In this document: one piece after another, positions 1-10,571 of the stretch
How the letters are laid out: the number at the start of each line of letters is the position of its first letter
Numbering within the stretch: the first letter of the stretch is position 1
Assembly (NCBI GenBank): GCA_963777505.1
Contig: CAVZQN010000005.1
Coordinates: 32,001-96,000, forward strand
DNA: 64,000 nt
Source: an uncultured bacterium
Lineage (GTDB): Bacteria > Acidobacteriota > HRBIN11 > JAKEFK01
Direction of reading: 5' to 3'
Position numbers and translations under genes: made by a program
Notes under the pieces: model-generated
What the model saw: the letters and a program-made list of their open reading frames with translations, nothing else
What the model was told of the DNA's origin: nothing
Database searches by the model: none

Positions 1-1160
1 TGGATATTGAAACAAAAGATCGTGATAGTGAAGTTCGAAGTCTTGTGGAAGTTTTGGATGAGAGTGAACTAAACAAATTACCGGTAGTGTTTTTTGCAGA
101 TGGATCGAAATTGTATGCGCCATCGCCGGCCGAAATTGCGGACCGGATCGGATTGCAAACAAGAGCCGAGACGGACTTCTATGATCTTGTAATCATAGGG
201 AGTGGCCCTTCCGGCCTTGCCGCTGCAGTTTATGGTGCGTCTGAAGGACTTCGCACAGTGATGATTGAACGTGAAGCTCCCGGCGGACAAGCGGCGCAGA
301 GTTCCAAAATAGAAAATTATCTGGGATTTCCGGCAGGGCTGACCGGTTCAGATTTAACTCGCAGAGGTGTGATGCAAGCCCGCCGTTTTGGAGTAGAAAT
401 TCTTGCGCCGCAAGAAGCAACTCGTGTGCGTGTTGATGGTTCTTACAAAATCATTGAGCTCGCAAATGGAACAGAAATTCGATGTCATGCACTGTTGATC
501 GCTACAGGTGTGCAATGGCGGAAATTGCAAGTGCCTGGGATCGAACGTCTGAATGGAGCAGGAATTTACTATGGCGCTGCCATGGCTGAAGCACTCGAAT
601 GCCGCGGTGAAACTGTTTACATGGTAGGTGGCGCGAATTCGGCAGGGCAAGCCGCAGTTCATTTCGCAGGCCATGCAGAACGTGTTGTCATGTTGGTTCG
701 CGGCAATTCACTCAAAAGCAGCATGTCTCAGTATTTAATCGACCGGATACAGCGTACTGAAAAAATTACCGTTCAATACAATTCCGAAATTGTTGAAGTT
801 CATGGAAATGATCATCTGGAAGCAATTTCCATTCACTGCTCCACAACTGGTGAAAAGCAAACGGTTCCCACAAACTATCTCTTCATATTTATTGGTGCGA
901 AACCTCACGCGTTTTGCGTAGAAGGACTTCTGGAATGTGATGAACGAGGCTTCATTCTTTCTGGTCCTGATCTAATTCGCAACGGCGAACATCCTAAAGG
1001 TTGGCCCTTAGAGCGAGATCCGGGTTTGCTGGAAGCAAGCGTCCCAGGAATATTTGTTGTTGGAGATGTGCGGCACGGATCCATCAAACGAGTTGCTTCG
1101 GGAGTAGGTGAGGGCTCGATTGCTGTTCAACTTATTCATCAATATTTGAGTAAATTGTAA
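1..1160 (+). CDS. Atypical thioredoxin-reductase-like FAD/NAD(P) oxidoreductase (5' end outside window)
   Basis: GSGPSG FAD motif, GGANSAG NADPH motif, GIFVVGDVR. The frame is open back to the window start. GIYYGAA replaces the CxxC-bearing segment. Confidence 0.9.
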   Translation, partial: DIETKDRDSEVRSLVEVLDESELNKLPVVFFADGSKLYAPSPAEIADRIGLQTRAETDFYDLVIIGSGPSGLAAAVYGASEGLRTVMIEREAPGGQAAQSSKIENYLGFPAGLTGSDLTRRGVMQARRFGVEILAPQEATRVRVDGSYKIIELANGTEIRCHALLIATGVQWRKLQVPGIERLNGAGIYYGAAMAEALECRGETVYMVGGANSAGQAAVHFAGHAERVVMLVRGNSLKSSMSQYLIDRIQRTEKITVQYNSEIVEVHGNDHLEAISIHCSTTGEKQTVPTNYLFIFIGAKPHAFCVEGLLECDERGFILSGPDLIRNGEHPKGWPLERDPGLLEASVPGIFVVGDVRHGSIKRVASGVGEGSIAVQLIHQYLSKL

Positions 1161-1162
1161 AC

Positions 1163-2576
1163 ATGACAGACACGAAGTCTAAGAAAATTGCACAAGAACT
1201 GAAAATCGTTCCTGAAATCGCTGATGTTCCTGACGATGAGCTAATTTGGTTAGCCGATCGCGTTAAAGAAACTACGTTAAGCATCGGAGAAATTGTATCG
1301 AAGGAAGGGGAGCCTGCAGATACATTTGCTATTTTGCTTGAAGGAAATCTTCAGTTTCGCCGTGAATCCGATTCTCATGAGTTTCGTGTATGGGACATGG
1401 AGCCCGGTGAGATCACAGGCAAGCTTCCATATTCACGGCTGACACATTGGCCTGGCACCGTGCGAGCAGCCGCTTTAAGCAGAGTGCTTGTAGGAAGCAT
1501 CGATCTTTTTCCTGAAATGATCCGCGAGGCACCAATATTGACACAACGTTTGGTCGGCATGATGAGTGACCGCATACGTTGGGTAGCGAGAGAAGATCAA
1601 CAAAGAGATAAACTTGCTTCGCTTGGAAAATTATCAGCAGGACTGGCTCATGAATTAAATAATCCTGCCGCTTCAGCAAAACGAGCCGCCGTTGCACTCA
1701 GTGAAGCACAGGAATCTTTGCGTGAAGCAACTTCGCAGCTGGAAAATCGAAATTTAAGCGCTGAACAGCGGAAAGCGATTCTACATTTAGAACGTCAAGC
1801 CTTGCTCAACAACACAGGCCCCGATCTTGATGGATTCTCTTACTCAAAGTGAGAAAGAGGAAGAGATCACATCATGGTTTGAGAATCAACATATCCAGGA
1901 AGGATGGAAGTTTGCTTCCGTATTAGCGGAAACCGCGCTGGAAGTTTCATGGCTCGAATCATTGCAACAGCAAGCGGGTGATGAAGCATTTGGGGATGCT
2001 CTGAAGCGTATCGTTTCTCAAGTACTCGCACGAAAGCTAACAAAAGAAATTGAATCAAGCGTCGAACGGATTTCTGAACTGGTGAAAGCGATCAAAGAAT
2101 ATACGTTTATGGATCAAGCCCCTATTCAAGAAGTCGATATACATCATGGGCTTGAAAGTACACTTATTATGTTGAAATACAAACTCAAGCACGGAATTAC
2201 AATCGAAAAGCAGTTTGATAAAACATTGCCGCTTGTAAACATATATGGAAGCGAGCTGAATCAGGTATGGACCAACTTAATTGACAATGCTGCGGATGCG
2301 ATGAAAAACGGTGGGAAGCTAACAATCCGTACGGCAATGGAGCAGAATTGTATATTAGTAGAGATTTTCGATACGGGTTCAGGAATCCCAGAGGAAATCA
2401 AAGGCAAAATTTTCGAACCATTTTTTACGACAAAGAAGATGGGTGAAGGAACAGGACTTGGATTAGATACAGTCTACCGAATCATTCGTAGACATCATGG
2501 GAATATTAGTGTTGATTCCCGGCCTGGGAATACACGTTTCCAAGTCCGTTTGCCTTTAAAACAATCTGTATCCTGA
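1163..2576 (+). CDS. cNMP-binding domain sensor histidine kinase, frameshifted near 1819-1822
   Basis: ORF 1163-1852 has the cNMP domain and H-box (AHELNNP). ORF 1827-2576 has N, G1, F and G2 boxes ([32 protein letters not shown]). Removing one C from CCCC joins them. Confidence 0.88.
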
Positions 2577-2599
2577 TCGACCGAACCAGTCGCAAAGAC

Positions 2600-4255
2600 T
2601 CAGTCTTCGTAAAATGCTGGTTTTCCTGCTTTTATCAAAACGCCTTCGCGAGCTAGCGTTAGAATTTTTTCCGCATAACCACCGATTTCATGATATTTCG
2701 CTTCAGCAATCGCTGGAAATTCTTTGCTGGTTGCGGCATAGAGCGGAGATTTGGTTGGATTATCCCGAGGTTCCAACAAATTTTCCCACTTAGTCGCAAA
2801 GTCTGATGAATATTGAGCCGCAGCCTGGTCGTCCATTCCCTGAGCTTTTGCGTCCGCGTACGCATTATTGTAGGCAGTTGACATCGCAATAGTCACCGCT
2901 TTCTCTCCGCCGTTGTACGCTGCGGTTACATATTTCCAATACTGATCTCCCTGAGGCGTGCCATATTTTGAGAAAGCCATTGTTTCAAGTTTTTCCGATT
3001 TGTCTTTCAAATGGCGAGCAGCGGCTGGAATTGCTTTTTCAGGCTCTTTCCGTTCATCCACATTGCCATCCACAATCAGACCTGAGCTGGCAGCTGCGGG
3101 ACGACCAAATTGAGCAATTCCAGTAAACCCTGAGGCATTGACTACTTGTGTTTCAAATTTGCTTTCAGAAACTAAGAGCGCTTTAAGCACTTTGGGTTCC
3201 AAGCCAGGAAATTCTTTGACTCCAACTGAAATTGCATCGTTGTATTTGTTTTGCAAAACTTCCTTATTGCTTTCCTTCACTTCATTCAAAATTCTTTTAT
3301 ATTCTTTTTGTTCTTTAGAACCAGATTCGATGTCTTTGCCTTTCATGTCTGGAAACTCTTTGTAAAAGAGCTCATCTACTTTTGCAAAAACCGAACTATC
3401 ATTGTGCAATTCGACATTCCACTTTGTATCTACATCAGCAGCTCGAACGTCTTGTGCTTCCTTGAGGCGCGGTTCAACGATTCCCGTTTTGATTTTTTGC
3501 CATTCTGCATATTCCGGGCTGTCACTGGTAATCGAAGTATCTTTCAACGCATCCGGATGACGTTCAGAAAAAATCTGATCGGTAAGTTTGTCGGCATCCC
3601 ATTTTGTGTTTTCCTTGAGCAACTGATCAACACGCTTCTGTTCAGATGAGAGATTTGTTTGTGAAGGGGCTGATTGCGCTCCAAGCATTTTTTGAAGCTC
3701 TGCAGCGCGGAGATCAGCTTGAAGTTTAGTCTCCACACCCGGATCACACTGCTGTGGGCCATCCGCTTTCGAAGTGCTCTTATTGATTTTCAATTTAGGC
3801 GGAGCTTTTTCGGTGGCTGGCATTCGGGGGTCAACAATGTCTCTCTTAATTTCCTTCCATGTCTCGGCTTCTGGACTTCCAGCTGTAAGGTTGGCTCCTT
3901 TTAATGTTGGAAACCGGTTATAAAATATTTCGTCCGTAATTTTGTCGGCACTTAGTTTTTGACCGCTGGCGATCAATTCATCCACTTTTTTCTGTTCGTC
4001 TGTGAGCGCCTCTTTTTGAGTGCTTCCTTCTTTCTTATCTACCTGTCCGTGAAGTTCTGCTGCTTTGGTGTCGGCTTGTAATTTATCTTCTGCCAGTTGT
4101 GATGGCCCCGATGACGTTGGCGTGGAAGCAGGCGCTTGAGCAGGAGTGCTTGCTGCAGGCGTAACTTCTGTTTTCTTAGGTTCAGTTACCGGGGTTTCTA
4201 CTGGCGGAATTGGAGCAGGCGTTGTAGGTGTGCTTGAAATTCTTGGTGATGACAT
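2600..4255 (-). CDS. Protein with Pro/Thr-rich N-terminus, three internal repeats and a C-terminal lytic transglycosylase (SLT-like) domain
   Basis: SLT motifs ALLVSESKF, GIAQF and AAYNGGE. Repeats of the form xTDxIFxxRxPx..W/YxxIxxxIVxP. No signal peptide. Confidence 0.75.
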   Translation of the reverse strand: MSSPRISSTPTTPAPIPPVETPVTEPKKTEVTPAASTPAQAPASTPTSSGPSQLAEDKLQADTKAAELHGQVDKKEGSTQKEALTDEQKKVDELIASGQKLSADKITDEIFYNRFPTLKGANLTAGSPEAETWKEIKRDIVDPRMPATEKAPPKLKINKSTSKADGPQQCDPGVETKLQADLRAAELQKMLGAQSAPSQTNLSSEQKRVDQLLKENTKWDADKLTDQIFSERHPDALKDTSITSDSPEYAEWQKIKTGIVEPRLKEAQDVRAADVDTKWNVELHNDSSVFAKVDELFYKEFPDMKGKDIESGSKEQKEYKRILNEVKESNKEVLQNKYNDAISVGVKEFPGLEPKVLKALLVSESKFETQVVNASGFTGIAQFGRPAAASSGLIVDGNVDERKEPEKAIPAAARHLKDKSEKLETMAFSKYGTPQGDQYWKYVTAAYNGGEKAVTIAMSTAYNNAYADAKAQGMDDQAAAQYSSDFATKWENLLEPRDNPTKSPLYAATSKEFPAIAEAKYHEIGGYAEKILTLAREGVLIKAGKPAFYED

Positions 4256-4381
4256 TTTGATTTCTCCTAATTTTCAGAATGGAAGCAACTTTTATGTTGA
4301 TAAGTCCATCAACACAACATGCGTAAGAATTGGTCTTTAGGGATCAAAATAGATGGAGTATGGAGAGAAAACAGCCTATTT

Positions 4382-5116
4382 CTATTTTTCGTTTCTTAAG
4401 GCATGGGAAATAATCCAACGCCTTTGAGGTGTTGGATTATTGCGCCATTCAGCGAGCAGTTTTCGTGTCTCGGCAGGGTTTTCTTTCAAATAATCGTTGA
4501 TGTTATTTCCTACCGACTTTTGAACAAATCTCGATGAATCATCTTTCAAATGTTCAAGAATTTTGAAAACAGGGGAGGGGTCGTCAATAAAAAGAGATAG
4601 CTTTTGTGCCCAGGGAAGCCTCGGTCTAATTCCTTCACTCGCAAGCCTCCTGACATGAACATTTTTGTCCTGGGCCCAGCGATTCATAATCCGTAAGGTC
4701 TTTTCTGGATATTTCTTTATGAAAGGACGTATCGCGTATTCACCTGTATGGCGTTTTGTTATTTCATAAATTGCATCGACTGATAATTTGTAATCTTCGA
4801 GTCCGTACACTTCCACAAATTTAGCAACGGGCATTAGCCAGTATCCTGTCGCAAACATTCCGGTTTCTTTTTTATTTTCCGGCCCAAGGATTTTATGAAG
4901 AATTGAAAGTGCTTTCGGATATTCCTCTGGCAGAAATTTGCGAAGCCCTTCCGCAATAAGGCTTACTCTGGCCTTAAGCTCCAGATGGTTGATAGACCTT
5001 TTAGTTTCCTTGCAAAAAACTTCAGCCTTGAATTCTGGATATACAACCTTTAGCTTTTCTGACAAGAGCAAGGCGAGGCTACTTCCGAAGTATGCTTTGT
5101 ATCCTGTTTCACCCAT
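4382..5116 (-). CDS. DNA alkylation repair protein (AlkC/AlkD-like HEAT-repeat glycosylase)
   Basis: Motifs EYAIRPF, VRRLASEGIRPRLPW, FVQKSVGNNIND. Confidence 0.85.
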   Translation of the reverse strand: MGETGYKAYFGSSLALLLSEKLKVVYPEFKAEVFCKETKRSINHLELKARVSLIAEGLRKFLPEEYPKALSILHKILGPENKKETGMFATGYWLMPVAKFVEVYGLEDYKLSVDAIYEITKRHTGEYAIRPFIKKYPEKTLRIMNRWAQDKNVHVRRLASEGIRPRLPWAQKLSLFIDDPSPVFKILEHLKDDSSRFVQKSVGNNINDYLKENPAETRKLLAEWRNNPTPQRRWIISHALRNEK

Positions 5117-5303
5117 ATGGTTTCTAGTTCATGATCTTTCGTATGTCGGGTCCCACTCTCCGAGTGTCAAATATTTCAAGAAAAGAGGGAAGCAAAATCA
5201 TGGGCGCGAAGTCATTGAAAGAACGTGGAGGCCTGCTTAGGGCTTCTTTGACATTCCTCTCCATCCAACTATTCAATATATAATTTTTTAGGGAGGCTTT
5301 ACT

Positions 5304-5690
5304 ATGCCAGTGATCAAACATAATCCAAAGGAATTATTTCCGCAGTATCGATGCTATAGCCACGCAATCGAGATATCCGGGAACTCGCGGATCTTAATCA
5401 TCAGCGGCCTAAATGGATATTTGTCTGATGGAAAGACGATGCCGGAATCGTTCGAAGAGCAGGCCGAAATTATCTGGACCCACATTCGAACACTCCTTCG
5501 GTCTGCCGATATGGACTTTCACAATCTGGTTTCGCTTCGGATGTATCTCGCTGATCCAAAGTACGACGAACCCAATGTGCGCATGCGAGTCAGGTTTCTT
5601 GGCTCGCACGAACCAGCATTAACAGTGATCTGTTGCCAACTTTTGGATCCAAAATGGAAACTGGAAATTGAGGCAATGGCCGCGACATAA
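5304..5690 (+). CDS. RidA/YjgF family protein
   Basis: YSHA and LEIEAMA motifs; GGAGG RBS. Confidence 0.85.
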   Translation: MPVIKHNPKELFPQYRCYSHAIEISGNSRILIISGLNGYLSDGKTMPESFEEQAEIIWTHIRTLLRSADMDFHNLVSLRMYLADPKYDEPNVRMRVRFLGSHEPALTVICCQLLDPKWKLEIEAMAAT

Positions 5691-5790
5691 GTGCTTATCG
5701 CTTAAAAATTCCAACAGATCTGCGTCGCACAAGTCTTTTAGGACTCAACTGCGTTTACACTATAATGGGGTCAACGGGGGCGGGCGGACG

Positions 5791-7476
5791 ATGAATCCTA
5801 AGTGGATCATAGTTTTTTTCTTTGTTAGCTTTGTTATTTATTATCCAGCCTACAGCCAGCCCTCTGAGCGAATGCTTCCACAGGATAAGGCCAGACTCGA
5901 TAGTCATCTCGAAAAGTTGAAATCACAGAATCCAGTGGATCGCGAGAATGCTGCCATCGCAATATTCCATTTTGCCGCTTCTGGACATCCCATGCCCCCA
6001 TATCCAAAATTTCAGGACATGGCCGATTTTAATATTGTCGTTGAACCTTTAATTAACGCGCTGGGTGATTCCAATTGGCGCGTCCGTGCAAACGTTGTTA
6101 CTGCGTTGGGCCGTATCAAGGACGAGCGTGCTCTAGTGGCTCTTGAACAGAAGGTAAACGACGAAAATGCAAACGTGCGCAAAAGCATAATCCATGCGTT
6201 TGGTGATCAGGACGATGAACGTGTAATCAGCCATATGATTGATCGTCTTGTAGACATCGATCCAGAAGTTCGCTGGACTGCGGCTTATGAGCTTGGTAGA
6301 AAAAAAAGTCGTGCAGCGATTGTTCCTTTGATCATGGTTCTTGAATCGGAAGAGAAAACACAAGTACGGCAGGGGGCAAGACATGCATTGATGAATATCG
6401 CAAACGGTCTTGATTTTGGTAACGATCATTCGGAATGGCAGACGTGGCTTTTGCAGACTTTGCAAAAACGGGACGGCCGTATTTCAGGCACGACCATACA
6501 GGAAGATTCGAGTCCAATCGCACAACTCATGAACAGCGCCGTCAATGACGAAGATCCCAAAGTAAGAATGAGATCAGAAGAAGAATTAATTCAAATGCGA
6601 GATCAGGCTTTTGATTACCTGTTTGAAATGCTCAAGCACAATGATTGGCGGTTTCGGCGAAGTGCAGCAAGGATTTTGGGCCCTTCGCAAAATTCGCTCG
6701 CCATCGATCCACTCATGAGCGCAACAAAAGACGAAAACGAAGACGTTCGGGAGACAGCCAAAGGATCGTTGGAAACATTGAGATTAAACATCAGGTTAAG
6801 CGGCGATCGTAAGTTAATCGGCGAGCAAGATTTCAGCAATCTTGAGTCGCTTAAGCAAGCAGTACACCACGAAGAAGTATTGGTTCGGCAGAAGGCAGCA
6901 ATTGAGCTTGGAAAGATTGAAGACCGTGAAGCGATCGATGTACTGATTATTCCCCTTTTAGATGATAACGCCAATGTCGCGGTTGCGGCTCGTGATGCTC
7001 TGCGTCAAAGAAAGGAGGAATCAAGAGTTGTAGAAGTGCTCAGTGGAGTTTTGAAATATGAAAAGACACAGGCAAATGTTCGACTCACCACAGACATTAT
7101 TGGAATACTCGCACAAAAGAAGGATCCCGCATCGACGAATGTTTTGATTGATTTGCTGAGTCATAAAGACATGTCTGTGAGACAGCATGCTATTGCAGCA
7201 TTGGGATCCATTGGTACGGAGAAAGCGTTAGCATCGCTGGTTGTCTGTCTTCATGATGAAGTAGACTTTGTGCGCAGAACTGCCGCCGCTATTCTGGCCA
7301 ATTCAAGAGATCCGAATTTGGTGGAACCACTTCTTGATGCACTCAGCGATTCTGATTCATTCGTGCAAGATTCTGCCTTAAAGGCGCTTATCAATATCAC
7401 AGGTGAAAATTTTCAGCTTGATGCAGCAAGATGGGAAGAATGGTGGATTGAAAATAGGGATCGGTTAACACAATGA
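5791..7476 (+). CDS. HEAT/PBS-lyase repeat protein with N-terminal signal/TM segment
   Basis: Many LxDxxxxVRxxAxxALG repeats; hydrophobic N-terminus from the ATG at 5791. Confidence 0.8.
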   Translation: MNPKWIIVFFFVSFVIYYPAYSQPSERMLPQDKARLDSHLEKLKSQNPVDRENAAIAIFHFAASGHPMPPYPKFQDMADFNIVVEPLINALGDSNWRVRANVVTALGRIKDERALVALEQKVNDENANVRKSIIHAFGDQDDERVISHMIDRLVDIDPEVRWTAAYELGRKKSRAAIVPLIMVLESEEKTQVRQGARHALMNIANGLDFGNDHSEWQTWLLQTLQKRDGRISGTTIQEDSSPIAQLMNSAVNDEDPKVRMRSEEELIQMRDQAFDYLFEMLKHNDWRFRRSAARILGPSQNSLAIDPLMSATKDENEDVRETAKGSLETLRLNIRLSGDRKLIGEQDFSNLESLKQAVHHEEVLVRQKAAIELGKIEDREAIDVLIIPLLDDNANVAVAARDALRQRKEESRVVEVLSGVLKYEKTQANVRLTTDIIGILAQKKDPASTNVLIDLLSHKDMSVRQHAIAALGSIGTEKALASLVVCLHDEVDFVRRTAAAILANSRDPNLVEPLLDALSDSDSFVQDSALKALINITGENFQLDAARWEEWWIENRDRLTQ

Positions 7477-8282
7477 GGTTTAAAGCGCCCATTATTTCTT
7501 TGTCCATATTCGCAGCAATCCTTATTTATTACGCGTGGAAACATCCTTCACCTGTAAAGGAATTCATGACGCCTCAAATTCAACGCCTCCACAATAGAGT
7601 AGAAACTCTAGAACTTAGAGAGAATGATGCCACGGCGATCAGGATGGCTTTAGGGGAAGAAGCCGTAGATATTTTGTTGCCAATTCTTGTGGATCAAAGT
7701 GAGCCAATCGAACTACGATGCACAGTTGCTTATGAATTGAAACAATTGAAAGATGCTCGCGTTAAGAATGTATTTGAAAAGATGAAACAGCAAAGCAAAG
7801 ATATGGAACGATGTGGAAATGACTTAGAAATTTCTGCGTCTAGAGATCCTGTAAAAGCTCGTAATGCTCTAGTATCAGAAAAGCTTCAAGGGGCACAACA
7901 TTCGATGGAATCACTCTTTGCTTTATTGAAAGATCAGTATCCGGAAGTACGGCAAGCGGCTTGTGAAGCTTTGGGGAATACTCATAGTGTCCACGCAATC
8001 AAGCCGCTCGCAGCAACTCTGAACGACAAAAACAAGAATGTCCGCCACGCTGCCGCGAGAGGATTGATTAAAATACGGCATCCGGATGTAGTCAGGGAAT
8101 TCGTATTCGTTCTAAAAGATGAAAATTCTCCCGCAGGGGATCTTGCTCATCTGGCACTTCTTGAATTGACAGGAACAGGGATTCCGAAAGATTTCACGAT
8201 GTGGATGGAATGGTTTCAGCAGAATGAGCAAGTCCTGAACTTCTTTCTCGAAGTAAACTCCAAAAACGCATTTTCAAACTGA
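7473..8282 (+). CDS. HEAT repeat protein with N-terminal TM segment
   Basis: LKDQYPEVRQAACEALG and LNDKNKNVRHAAARGL; ATGA overlap with the upstream gene. Confidence 0.8.
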   Translation: MRFKAPIISLSIFAAILIYYAWKHPSPVKEFMTPQIQRLHNRVETLELRENDATAIRMALGEEAVDILLPILVDQSEPIELRCTVAYELKQLKDARVKNVFEKMKQQSKDMERCGNDLEISASRDPVKARNALVSEKLQGAQHSMESLFALLKDQYPEVRQAACEALGNTHSVHAIKPLAATLNDKNKNVRHAAARGLIKIRHPDVVREFVFVLKDENSPAGDLAHLALLELTGTGIPKDFTMWMEWFQQNEQVLNFFLEVNSKNAFSN

Positions 8283-8293
8283 GCCTGATGCAC

Positions 8294-8315
8294 TAGTACT
8301 ATGGATATAGTACTA
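8294..8315. repeat. AT-rich double palindrome, copy 1 (TAGTACTATGGATATAGTACTA)
   Basis: Hairpin with 9-bp arms between convergent genes; related copies at 21634, 23266, 34204 and 60600. Confidence 0.75.
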
Positions 8316-8318
8316 CTA

Positions 8319-8777
8319 TCAACGGATTGCGTAGATATCGTATAGCGCATTGTTGCTGGCTTTTCGAAACTCGCCGATTCCGACACATTGCAGCCGGTTC
8401 ATCCAGAGGTAGTCTGGATGACTGGTAGAAAATTGAGGTGACGTCCGAATTTGTGCTGTATCAGGCATATCGCCACGGAGAAACATTTCGAAAGCATCTT
8501 CTCCAAAATCGATAATTCCTTTGTAGGTTGCCAGGATTAAAGCCCCATCACTTGATTCAAAGGTTGTGCGAACATCGAGAAGCCCAATTCCATCCCGGCG
8601 TACGATGAACCAATCACCTCCCACCGCCAGCACTCTACCCTTGAGCTTGGGTCCAGTGATTTCGCCACCAGCGGAATAGAAATTGATGCGAATTCCTTCC
8701 GCCACTGGGCCGATCATTTCAGGGTTGGCCAGGTTTCCGTTGAATGAAAAAATGTGTTCCAGTTTGAATTCTAGCAT
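8319..8777 (-). CDS. DUF3237 family protein
   Basis: GGEITGPKLKGRVL..GGDW..VRRDG..LDVR and PDYLWMN motifs. Confidence 0.85.
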   Translation of the reverse strand: MLEFKLEHIFSFNGNLANPEMIGPVAEGIRINFYSAGGEITGPKLKGRVLAVGGDWFIVRRDGIGLLDVRTTFESSDGALILATYKGIIDFGEDAFEMFLRGDMPDTAQIRTSPQFSTSHPDYLWMNRLQCVGIGEFRKASNNALYDIYAIR

Positions 8778-8998
8778 CCTACTTTAGATAACATTTCCTC
8801 AACATGAAACCAAAAGCAATGTCTCAATCGGGAGAAAGCGCAGCACGAAGTGGAGATTTTTGAACAGCAAATTCAAGCTCGATGCTGCGGATTTGAATTC
8901 AGGAATTGCATTTGCGCAGGGAATCGGTTTTTATTTTTGCGCGTTGGCTGTTGTTGCAGCCATCCGATTCCCGAGTCAACAAGCTACGATTTGAAATT

Positions 8999-9481
8999 CT
9001 ATCGCTTAAACAATTCAAGAGCTGAGGTCGTTGCAGTAGATGTTTGAAAGAATTGTTTCTCGTTCGCTTTAATTCTTTTTAGCGCATCGGTAAGGCTGAA
9101 TTCAATCGGCAAGAGTTCTTCGAGCCCCGCTATTCGAATCACTTTTTCAACGCGGGGTTGTGGATTCAGCAAAATCATTATTTTGCCGTGAGCCTTTAGT
9201 GTATTTGCATTTCTAATGAGCAGACCAAGCCCAACGGAAACGATTAATTCCACATCACGAAGATCAACAATCACTGACTTCCTTTGCGTTGCTGTCAAGG
9301 TTGTAAACTTCAGATCGATTTTTTCTACACCGAGCATATCCAGACGTCCATTCAAATGGATCGATGCGATACCTGATCCAATATCTTCATATTTCATTTG
9401 TATTCTTTGGATTTTGCTATTCCTACTTTGACTCGAAGAAGGTGCTTTGGTTTCAATTGTCGATATTTGTGCCAGGCTCAT
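8999..9481 (-). CDS. STAS domain anti-sigma-factor antagonist
   Basis: LNGRLD and VIVDLRDVELIVSVGLGLL; AGGAGA RBS before the ATG at 9481. Confidence 0.8.
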   Translation of the reverse strand: MSLAQISTIETKAPSSSQSRNSKIQRIQMKYEDIGSGIASIHLNGRLDMLGVEKIDLKFTTLTATQRKSVIVDLRDVELIVSVGLGLLIRNANTLKAHGKIMILLNPQPRVEKVIRIAGLEELLPIEFSLTDALKRIKANEKQFFQTSTATTSALELFKR

Positions 9482-9600
9482 AACATTTCTCCTTTTCATT
9501 AGGTATCGACAACTAAGACGGTCGAAATTGGGAGTGAACGAAGATTTTGCCGCTGAATCGCTGAGATTATGCGAACTCCCTCAGCTGCCGTCGGATTCTG

Positions 9601-9626
9601 CGGGCGGGTCTTAGACCCGCCCCTAC
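9601..9626 (-). repeat. GTAG-type REP palindrome (GTAGGGGCGGGTCTAAGACCCGCCCG)
   Basis: Exact reverse complement of the 26-mer at 49253-49278. Confidence 0.85.
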
Positions 9627-9637
9627 ATGCAAAGGAA

Positions 9638-10543
9638 TCACTTCAGTTTTGCGTGGCGGAGTTCCAGTTCATCAAGCGATTTTGGCCAGTCTTCCTTTAA
9701 AAGACGCGACAAAGCGCGATCAGCAAGAAGCCGGCCGCCAGTCTGGCAGGTTGGGCAATAGTTCGTTTCATTAGAAGCATACCGGATGCGTTGAATCATC
9801 GTATTACAGCGTGGGCAAGGTTTTTTATATCGTCCATGAACCGCCATTCCATCGCGAAACGCGGTTACTTTTTCCGGAAATTTCTCCCCATAATGTTCAC
9901 GGAGCCGGTGAATCCATTGTGTGAGCGTTGATTGAACTGCCTCGAACAATCGTTTTATTTCTTCAGAAGTGAGCTTTTGCGTCATTTTGATAGGTGAGAG
10001 TTTGGCTTCGAACAAAATTTCATCGGAGTATGCATTACCGATTCCGCTAAAAAATCTAGGATCGGTGAGAGAACGCTTAAGAGTATGATTTGCTGAAAGC
10101 AAAATTTTTGAAAAATCTTCCAGGCTGCATTGCAAGACATCCACGCCGCCTGGATCCATGGTGCGAAGACCCTCTTCTCCTGCGACAACATGAAGCGAGG
10201 CACGCTTTTTTGAACCAGCTTCACTCCAAAGAAGGCTTCCTGTGGAAAAATCGAATGCAGCAAAATTGCGATGTGGTGAAATTTCGGCTCCACGCTGATG
10301 CCAGTGCAATCGCCCGGCAATCATCAGATGCAATACCAACCAGTGATCGTTTTCCAGGCCAATACAAATGCGTTTGCCAATCCTTCGAAGATGCAGAACC
10401 TTCTTTTGCTCAACGCTGCTGATAGGTGGGATTGCCGTACGCAACAAAAAAGGGCTCACGATACGCACTGCATCAAGCGTTTCGCCTAGAATCCTTTTCT
10501 GTAAGGCTTCAATGTAAATGACAACGTCTGGCAATTCCGGCAT
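9638..10543 (-). CDS. Fpg/Nei family DNA glycosylase
   Basis: N-terminal [23 protein letters not shown] (H2TH) and C-terminal CPRC..CPTCQ zinc finger. Confidence 0.92.
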   Translation of the reverse strand: MPELPDVVIYIEALQKRILGETLDAVRIVSPFLLRTAIPPISSVEQKKVLHLRRIGKRICIGLENDHWLVLHLMIAGRLHWHQRGAEISPHRNFAAFDFSTGSLLWSEAGSKKRASLHVVAGEEGLRTMDPGGVDVLQCSLEDFSKILLSANHTLKRSLTDPRFFSGIGNAYSDEILFEAKLSPIKMTQKLTSEEIKRLFEAVQSTLTQWIHRLREHYGEKFPEKVTAFRDGMAVHGRYKKPCPRCNTMIQRIRYASNETNYCPTCQTGGRLLADRALSRLLKEDWPKSLDELELRHAKLK

Positions 10544-10571
10544 GATCTAACCTGGTAGGACACGGTGCCGC

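Noticed and set aside
1819-1852. Programmed ribosomal frameshift in the kinase and the other split genes
   Set aside because: No slippery heptamer or stimulatory structure; both +1 and -1 events occur in unrelated genes, which fits sequencing indels.
5124-5321. 65-aa minus-strand ORF
   Set aside because: Overlaps the RidA start and divergent promoter region; no motif or RBS.
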